This document shows positions 57,975-64,000 of a DNA stretch of 64,000 nt, piece after piece; positions within the stretch are counted from its first letter, which is position 1, and each line of letters opens with the position of its first letter. The position numbers were made by a program, and so were the translations under genes. The notes beneath the pieces are model-generated. The model ran no database searches. It was given only the letters and a program-made list of their open reading frames with translations, and had not been told where the DNA came from. This DNA comes from Opitutaceae bacterium (GTDB lineage: Bacteria; Verrucomicrobiota; Verrucomicrobiia; Opitutales; Coraliomargaritaceae), in assembly GCA_051252375.1 (NCBI GenBank), contig JBPOFY010000008.1:32001-96000 (forward strand), in the 5' to 3' direction.

Positions 57975-60107
57975 ATGACACCAGAAGACGCGCTACAAAA
58001 GTATTTCGGGATGCCCTCCTTTCGGGAGCCGCAACGCTCGATCATACAGTCGGTTCTGGATAAAAAAGATACGCTGGTCGTGATGCCGACGGGCGGGGGT
58101 AAAAGTCTTTGTTTTCAACTACCCGCCCTACTGCTGCCGGGTGTGACATTGGTCGTTTCGCCGCTCATCGCGCTGATGAAAGACCAAGTCGACGCGCTCA
58201 AAGCTCGTGGTCTGCCGGCGGGACTCCTCAACAGTTCGCTTTCGCTTGAAGAACAACGCGAGATGCTCGACGCGATTCGTGAGCGAAAACTCAAACTCGT
58301 TTACGTCGCTCCCGAGCGTTTTCGTTCTCAAGCCTTCCTCAATGCGCTACCAAAAGATGCCATCAGCCTCTTTGCGATCGACGAAGCGCACTGTCTTTCC
58401 CAATGGGGCCACGACTTCCGCCCCGACTACATGCGACTCGGCGAAGTGCGCAAAGCGATCGGCAACCCACCCTGCATCGCGCTGACCGCCACCGCCACGC
58501 CAGACGTGCAGGGCGACATCATGCAATCGCTGGAGATGAGCGATCCTGCCGAGTTTGTGGCTGGTTTTGCCCGCGACAACCTCAGCTTCCGCGTGCGTCA
58601 AACCAAGACGGACAACAGCAAACTCGATGCCCTCGCCGAGCTCATTAAGGAGCACAAAACAGGCATTGTTTACTGTGCCACCCGCAAATCCGTCGATGCT
58701 GTGGCCAACAAAATGGAAGCCTTCGCTGGATCGATCATTCGCTACCACGGCGGATTGAACGACAGCGAGCGCAGCGCCGCCCAAGATATTTTCATGAGTC
58801 GAAAGGCCAACGTCGTCGTGGCGACCAACGCATTCGGCATGGGTATCGACCGCGCGGACATCCGCTTTGTTTGCCACTACGAAATGCCCGGCAGTGTGGA
58901 AGCCTACTATCAGGAAGGTGGTCGCGCCGGACGCGACGGCGAGCCCTCCGTCTGCGAAATGCTCTTTTCCTACGCCGACAAACGTGTGCAGGACTTTTTC
59001 ATCGAAGGCGCCAATCCTGGCAAGACCCTCATCGCTGCGGTATTCGATGCCCTCTGTGCGGATAGCGACGAAAAGCACGAAGTCCACCTCACCATCGACG
59101 AACTCTGTGAACGCATGGATGGCAAGGTCAACCCTATGGCCGTCAGCACTGCCATCTCGATTCTGTCGCGCCATAAGTGGATCGAACGCTTTGACATACC
59201 TGGCAAGCGGAGGAAAGGCACACGTATTTTACAACTTGGCAAACACGGCAGCGACTTGCCCATCGACGGCAAAGCGCTCGCGATAAAGGCCGACCGCGAC
59301 GAAGACCGCCTCAAATCGGTCATCAACTTCGCCTACGCGCCCACTTGCCGCCAGAAATGGATACTCAACTACTTCGGCGAAAAGAGCAGCCAAGACTGCG
59401 GTCGCTGCGACGGTTGCCAGAATAAGAAGCACCACGCCGCCCGCGCCCTCAGCACCGACGAAAGCACCATTGTCCTCAAGGCACTCAGCGGTGTCGCGCG
59501 CATGTCGCATAAAAGCGGCGACGGCAACTGGATCGCCCGCTTCGGCAAACGAAAGATCATCCAATGCCTTCTCGGTAGCCAAGCCGCACCCATCGTGGAC
59601 GCGGGACTCAACCGCCTCAGCACCTACGGCATCTTGAAATGCGAAGGCAGCGTTTACGTCGACTCCCTCTTTGATGCGCTAGAAAACGCCGGACTCGTGC
59701 AAACCATGGTTGAAGGCAACTACCCGCTCCTCACGCTGACTCAAGCTGGCGGTGAAGCCATGCGCGGCAGCAGTAAGATCGAGCTCGAACTCCCCGAGCG
59801 CACCGCCGGGGCGATCAAGACAAGCTCCACCGGCAAGGCTCGCCCCAAGAAAGGCAGCCTCCCCGACGACGTCCAGGTGCCCGAGCTTTACCAAAAGCTC
59901 ACCGCCCTCCGCGCCAGCCTCGCCGCAGCCAATGGTAAGCCCGCCTACACTATTTTCCCAAACTTCGTGCTCGTCGAGCTCGCCAACCTGCAGCCCACCA
60001 CCACCGCCGAAGCCATAAAAATACGAGGCATCGGTCCCGCAAAACTCAAAACCGTGCTGCCTCCATTCCTCGAAATCGTCAAAGCACACCTAAGTGCAGC
60101 GACCTAG
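57975..60107 (+). CDS. recQ: RecQ-family ATP-dependent DNA helicase with RQC and HRDC domains
   Basis: PTGGGKSLC, DEAHC, WGHDFRP, TATA, QEGGRAGRDG, Zn motif CR...CGRCDGC and a C-terminal HRDC. Confidence 0.93.
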   Translation: MTPEDALQKYFGMPSFREPQRSIIQSVLDKKDTLVVMPTGGGKSLCFQLPALLLPGVTLVVSPLIALMKDQVDALKARGLPAGLLNSSLSLEEQREMLDAIRERKLKLVYVAPERFRSQAFLNALPKDAISLFAIDEAHCLSQWGHDFRPDYMRLGEVRKAIGNPPCIALTATATPDVQGDIMQSLEMSDPAEFVAGFARDNLSFRVRQTKTDNSKLDALAELIKEHKTGIVYCATRKSVDAVANKMEAFAGSIIRYHGGLNDSERSAAQDIFMSRKANVVVATNAFGMGIDRADIRFVCHYEMPGSVEAYYQEGGRAGRDGEPSVCEMLFSYADKRVQDFFIEGANPGKTLIAAVFDALCADSDEKHEVHLTIDELCERMDGKVNPMAVSTAISILSRHKWIERFDIPGKRRKGTRILQLGKHGSDLPIDGKALAIKADRDEDRLKSVINFAYAPTCRQKWILNYFGEKSSQDCGRCDGCQNKKHHAARALSTDESTIVLKALSGVARMSHKSGDGNWIARFGKRKIIQCLLGSQAAPIVDAGLNRLSTYGILKCEGSVYVDSLFDALENAGLVQTMVEGNYPLLTLTQAGGEAMRGSSKIELELPERTAGAIKTSSTGKARPKKGSLPDDVQVPELYQKLTALRASLAAANGKPAYTIFPNFVLVELANLQPTTTAEAIKIRGIGPAKLKTVLPPFLEIVKAHLSAAT

Positions 60108-60197
60108 AACTGAATTTTTAACCATTAACGAACGATTCTAGCGAAATATGCCGTTAAAAGCAGTGATCACCCCCTTGAAAACAAGTGAAAATTTTCC

Positions 60198-60225
60198 TTG
60201 CACAGGACACTGAAAGCCCTACTTT
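60198..60225 (+). promoter_or_regulatory. Candidate sigma70 promoter of rpsR
   Basis: TTGCAC-16 bp-TACTTT, ending 10 bp before the ATG. Confidence 0.5.
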
Positions 60226-60235
60226 TCCGCCCTTC

Positions 60236-60433
60236 ATGAGCACAGAGAACAAACCACTTAACCGCTCCCGCAACCCGATGGACTATACGTTCAACGATGT
60301 GGAGCTACTTACCCGATTCATAACTGAGACGGGCAAGATCCTCCCTCGCAAGGACACAGGACTTTCCGCAAAGCACCAGCGTCGCATCACGACACTCATC
60401 AAGCAGGGTCGTAACATGCTGACTATGCAGTAA
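60236..60433 (+). CDS. rpsR: 30S ribosomal protein S18 (short, cysteine-free)
   Basis: [39 protein letters not shown]. Confidence 0.95.
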   Translation: MSTENKPLNRSRNPMDYTFNDVELLTRFITETGKILPRKDTGLSAKHQRRITTLIKQGRNMLTMQ

Positions 60434-60459
60434 GCCCGCGTTACTGAGCAGGTATTTTC

Positions 60460-60491
60460 AATCCTTCCCTTTTAACGGGGAAGGATTTTTT
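60460..60491 (+). terminator. Intrinsic terminator after rpsR
   Basis: AATCCTTCCC-TTTTAACG-GGGAAGGATT followed by TTTT. Confidence 0.85.
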
Positions 60492-60513
60492 ATATCCGGA
60501 CAACACGTTTACC

Positions 60514-61500
60514 ATGCCAACCACTAGCACCATCTACCAGCCAACCGAGGGAAACCTCGATACCTGCGCACAACTCCTGCGCGATGGTGAAGTCGTGGGC
60601 ATGCCAACCGAGACGGTATACGGGCTCGCCGGCAACGCGCTCTCAGAGGACAGCGCACGCAAAATTTTCAGCGTCAAGGGACGCCCGCTCATCGACCCAC
60701 TGATCGTGCACTTCGCCGATGCCGACGCGGCCACCGCCCATATCCAAATGAATACGGCAGTCGAAACACTCGCCGGGAAATTCTGGCCCGGTCCGCTCAC
60801 CATGGTCGTGAACAAACAAGCCAGCATCCCCGACATCGTGACCGCCGGTCTCCCCAGCGTCGCGATCCGCGTGCCACAACATCCGGTCTTTCGTGCTGTG
60901 CTGCAACGCCTCGACTTCCCACTCGCAGCGCCTAGCGCCAATCCTTTCGGCTACGTCAGCCCCACCCTAGCTGAGCACGTGCAACACACACTCGGCACAC
61001 GCATCTCTGCCGTGCTCGACGGCGGCGCCTGCACCTTCGGCCTAGAATCCACCATCGTCGACCTGCGCGATCCCAAGCAGCCCGCGATCTTACGCCACGG
61101 TCCGATCACGCAAGAAGCCCTGAGCGAAACACTCGGTTGCGCAGTCGCCGACCGCACCTTAGGCAGTGGCGACGACAAAGCACAGGCCGCCCCAGGACAA
61201 TTGATGCAGCACTACAGCCCTCGCGCAAAAGTGCAGCTGATCGCGCAAGGCGAAACATTCTCGGCGAGTCCTTCCAGCTCAAGCGTGGCGATCATTTACA
61301 ATAGCCAGCCAGACAATGCGGCTGCGCACACCTACTGGCTTTCAGAAGACGGCAACACCGACACGATTGCACATAATTTATTTGAGCTGATTCAACGATT
61401 GGACCAGCAAGGCTACACAGAGCTACATATCGAACTCTCCGCCGACATAGGCATCGGGAAGGCGATCAATGATCGCCTTCGCCGAGCTGCTGCAAAGTAG
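60514..61500 (+). CDS. sua5: L-threonylcarbamoyladenylate synthase, Sua5 type
   Basis: PTETVYGL, KGRP..DPLIVH, WPGPLT, APSAN, GLESTIVD, APGQLMQHYSP and AINDRLRRAA. Confidence 0.95.
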   Translation: MPTTSTIYQPTEGNLDTCAQLLRDGEVVGMPTETVYGLAGNALSEDSARKIFSVKGRPLIDPLIVHFADADAATAHIQMNTAVETLAGKFWPGPLTMVVNKQASIPDIVTAGLPSVAIRVPQHPVFRAVLQRLDFPLAAPSANPFGYVSPTLAEHVQHTLGTRISAVLDGGACTFGLESTIVDLRDPKQPAILRHGPITQEALSETLGCAVADRTLGSGDDKAQAAPGQLMQHYSPRAKVQLIAQGETFSASPSSSSVAIIYNSQPDNAAAHTYWLSEDGNTDTIAHNLFELIQRLDQQGYTELHIELSADIGIGKAINDRLRRAAAK

Positions 61501-61527
61501 AGGTGGTCACGAAGGTCCCTGCCAATT

Positions 61528-64000
61528 CTAGCGAAGCTTCACCAGCAAGTCCTTGCTGTCGACTTGATCGCCAACGCTGACTTCGAGAACATCGACAATT
61601 CCGTCTGTAAGTGCATACACCGTGGTCTGCATCTTCATAGCTTCCAGAATGACGAGTTTGTCGCCCTTGGAAACCTTGTGCCCGACACTTGTTGTCACTG
61701 CGCTCACCATCGCGGGGATCGGCGCACCGACTTGCTTCTTATCAGCTGAATCTGCCTTAACGCGACGCTTACTCTCGGTCTTGATCGACGTATCGAGTAT
61801 GACGCACTCACGTGCACGACCATTCATTTCGAAAGTAAGTGTGCGCTGCCCATCTTCATTCGGCTCACTGACGTAGATCAGTTTCACAATAAGCGTCTTA
61901 CCTTCTTCAATCTCAACAGAGATTTCTTCGCCCGTCTTTAGACCATAGAAGAATGCAGGCGTTGGTAAAACACGCGGATGACCATATTGATTAATCGCCT
62001 TAACAAGGTCTTTGAAGACCTGCGGATACATTAAGTATGCGTAGAGATCATCATCGTCGGCAGCGTCGCGCTTAGTAATCGCTTTCACCTCATCGCGCGC
62101 ATCGTCGAGATCGATCTTCTCCGCTTTTGCTCCAGGGCGTCCCTTATTGGGCTTACGATCACCCAAGACAACTTTCTGAACATCCTTCGGCCAACCACCC
62201 TTCGGTTGACCAAGACCACCAGAAAGCATATCGACCACTGACTCAGGGAATGCTGTGCCTGGCTCTAAATTGACGACGTCGTGCGGCTCTACGCCCTTAG
62301 TTAACAAGAAGATCGCAAGGTCACCAACGACCTTACTACTTGGAGTCACCTTCACGATGTCACCAAGGAGCATATTCACCTCGTGATAGTAGCGCACCAC
62401 TTCTGGCCAGCGAGCACCGAGACCGAGCGCACGTGCTTGCTCACGCAAGTTAGTGTATTGCCCGCCTGGCATTTCGTGGCGATAGACCTCGGCACTGCCA
62501 AACTTAGGGCTCGTATCGAAAGGCTCGTAGTATTGGCGAACAGCTTCCCAATAGATGGAAAGATCGTCGAAGAATTTCTGATCCAGTTTTGTATCACGTT
62601 TATCACTACGCATCGCATGCGCAATGGAGTTCAAGTTCGGCTGAGCAGTCAGACCAGACAGTGAAGAAACAGAAAGATCAACCACATCGACGCCCGCTTC
62701 TGCGGCCTTGATGATAGAGGCCGATGCAATACCACTGGAATCGTGCGTATGAAAATGCACTGGAATACCAATCTCATTACGAAGCGCCTTGATCAATTTA
62801 AAGGCAGCATTCGGATGGCAGAGACCTGACATATCCTTAAGCGCTAGCACGTGTGCGCCCATCTTCTCGAGTTCCTTCGCCATATTGACGTAATACTCGA
62901 GTGTGTATTTCTCGCGGGCTGGATTAAGAATATCCCCCGTGTAGCAAATCGTCGCCTCACATACTGAGTTCGTATCTTTACGGATGGAATTCATCGCGAC
63001 CTTAAGGTTCGGCAAGTAATTCAAGGAGTCAAAGACACGGAAGATATCCATACCACACTCAGCCGAGTGCTTGATGAAACCACGGATTACATTGTCGGGG
63101 TAATTGGAATAACCGACGCCGTTGGCACCGCGCAGCAACATCTGAAAGCAAACGTTTGGAATGCGCTCTCGTAAACGACGTAGTCGCTTGAACGGATTCT
63201 CATGCAAGAAACGCATGGTGGTATCGAAGGTCGCCCCACCCCAGCACTCTAGACTGTAAAGGTTGTGAGCATTCTGTGCGATCGAATCGGCAACTGCGAG
63301 CTGATCAAAGCTACGCACACGAGCGGCCAGTAGTGACTGGTGCGCATCGCGCATGGTAGTGTCCGTGACGAGCAAACGCTTTTGATCGCGTGTCCACTGA
63401 GCAAACTTCTCAGGACCGTGCTGGGTGAGATAATCCTTGGTGCCCTTTGGCTTCGGAGCCTTTGGATCGTATGCAGGAAGAATCACCGGCAAGTCCATCA
63501 GCGGCACGGGGCGCCCTTTGACCTGCGGGTTACCGTTGACGATTGTTTCTCCTAAATAGTTGAGCAACTTCGTTGCACGGTCACGACGGCGTTTAAAATT
63601 AAACAGCGCTGGTGTGGTATCGATCAACGTAGTGGTCGCCATACCCGATGTAAATTTCTCGTGATGAATCACATTCTCAATGAATGGGATATTGGTCTTC
63701 ACACCCCGTATACGCATTTCGCGCAGCGCACGGTCCATACGTTGAATCGCGAGTTCAAATGTGCGAGCTGATGCAGTCAGCTTCACCAAAAGTGAATCGT
63801 AATACGGAGTAATCACCGAACCCGTATCACCCATCGCGCCATCGAGACGGATACCAAAACCAGCGGCACTTCGATAGTTCACAATCTTGCCATAATCTGG
63901 CGCAAAGTTCTTTTCAGGGTCTTCGGTAGTGACACGTGCCTGGATGGCTACGCCGTTACGAGGGACATCTGCTTGCTGCGGAATGCCAATTTCTTCGCCA
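61528..64000 (-). CDS. pyc: Pyruvate carboxylase, 3' part (5' end lies beyond the window)
   Basis: The frame stays open to the window edge (..AIQARVTTEDP..). YYDSLLVK, DTTMRDAHQS, WGGATFD, HFHTH, HEMPGGQYTNL and the biotinyl motif EAMKM are present. Confidence 0.97.
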   Translation of the reverse strand, partial: GEEIGIPQQADVPRNGVAIQARVTTEDPEKNFAPDYGKIVNYRSAAGFGIRLDGAMGDTGSVITPYYDSLLVKLTASARTFELAIQRMDRALREMRIRGVKTNIPFIENVIHHEKFTSGMATTTLIDTTPALFNFKRRRDRATKLLNYLGETIVNGNPQVKGRPVPLMDLPVILPAYDPKAPKPKGTKDYLTQHGPEKFAQWTRDQKRLLVTDTTMRDAHQSLLAARVRSFDQLAVADSIAQNAHNLYSLECWGGATFDTTMRFLHENPFKRLRRLRERIPNVCFQMLLRGANGVGYSNYPDNVIRGFIKHSAECGMDIFRVFDSLNYLPNLKVAMNSIRKDTNSVCEATICYTGDILNPAREKYTLEYYVNMAKELEKMGAHVLALKDMSGLCHPNAAFKLIKALRNEIGIPVHFHTHDSSGIASASIIKAAEAGVDVVDLSVSSLSGLTAQPNLNSIAHAMRSDKRDTKLDQKFFDDLSIYWEAVRQYYEPFDTSPKFGSAEVYRHEMPGGQYTNLREQARALGLGARWPEVVRYYHEVNMLLGDIVKVTPSSKVVGDLAIFLLTKGVEPHDVVNLEPGTAFPESVVDMLSGGLGQPKGGWPKDVQKVVLGDRKPNKGRPGAKAEKIDLDDARDEVKAITKRDAADDDDLYAYLMYPQVFKDLVKAINQYGHPRVLPTPAFFYGLKTGEEISVEIEEGKTLIVKLIYVSEPNEDGQRTLTFEMNGRARECVILDTSIKTESKRRVKADSADKKQVGAPIPAMVSAVTTSVGHKVSKGDKLVILEAMKMQTTVYALTDGIVDVLEVSVGDQVDSKDLLVKLR

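Noticed and set aside
58347..59174. 275-aa minus-strand ORF (and similar ORFs antisense to gatB, gatA and pheT)
   Set aside because: Fully antisense to conserved housekeeping genes, expected from codon bias, and no recognisable motifs.

Overview
Bacterial chromosomal window, most likely from a marine Verrucomicrobium (Opitutae, Coraliomargarita/Lentimonas-like). This is inferred from a PEP-CTERM protein, a GH107-type fucanase, SHD1 and DUF1080 proteins and a very short orphan S18. Housekeeping genes (partial rsmH, gatCAB, pheST, recQ, rpsR, sua5/tsaC, partial pyc) alternate with accessory blocks. Two loci stand out. (1) A tightly linked four-gene operon in which a minimal secretin, rather than a TolC, precedes a very long periplasmic adaptor and a MacB-type ABC ATPase and permease (24.8-29.8 kb). 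(2) A three-gene CHASE2 cyclase / 1987-aa FecR repeat protein / outer-membrane beta-barrel operon (13.4-22.6 kb), whose FecR protein carries a duplicated C-terminal module and a ~20-unit tandem array. Other visible structure: a 50-bp duplicate of the pheT 3' end bracketing a SpoIIE phosphatase gene, 23-bp inverted repeats around a hybrid kinase gene, a duplicated ~115-bp promoter-like element, an internally deleted cytochrome c peroxidase remnant, and several families of short intergenic palindromic or heptameric repeats. No rRNA, tRNA, CRISPR array, integrase or transposase was recognised. All family calls come from reading motifs by eye; no database searches were run.
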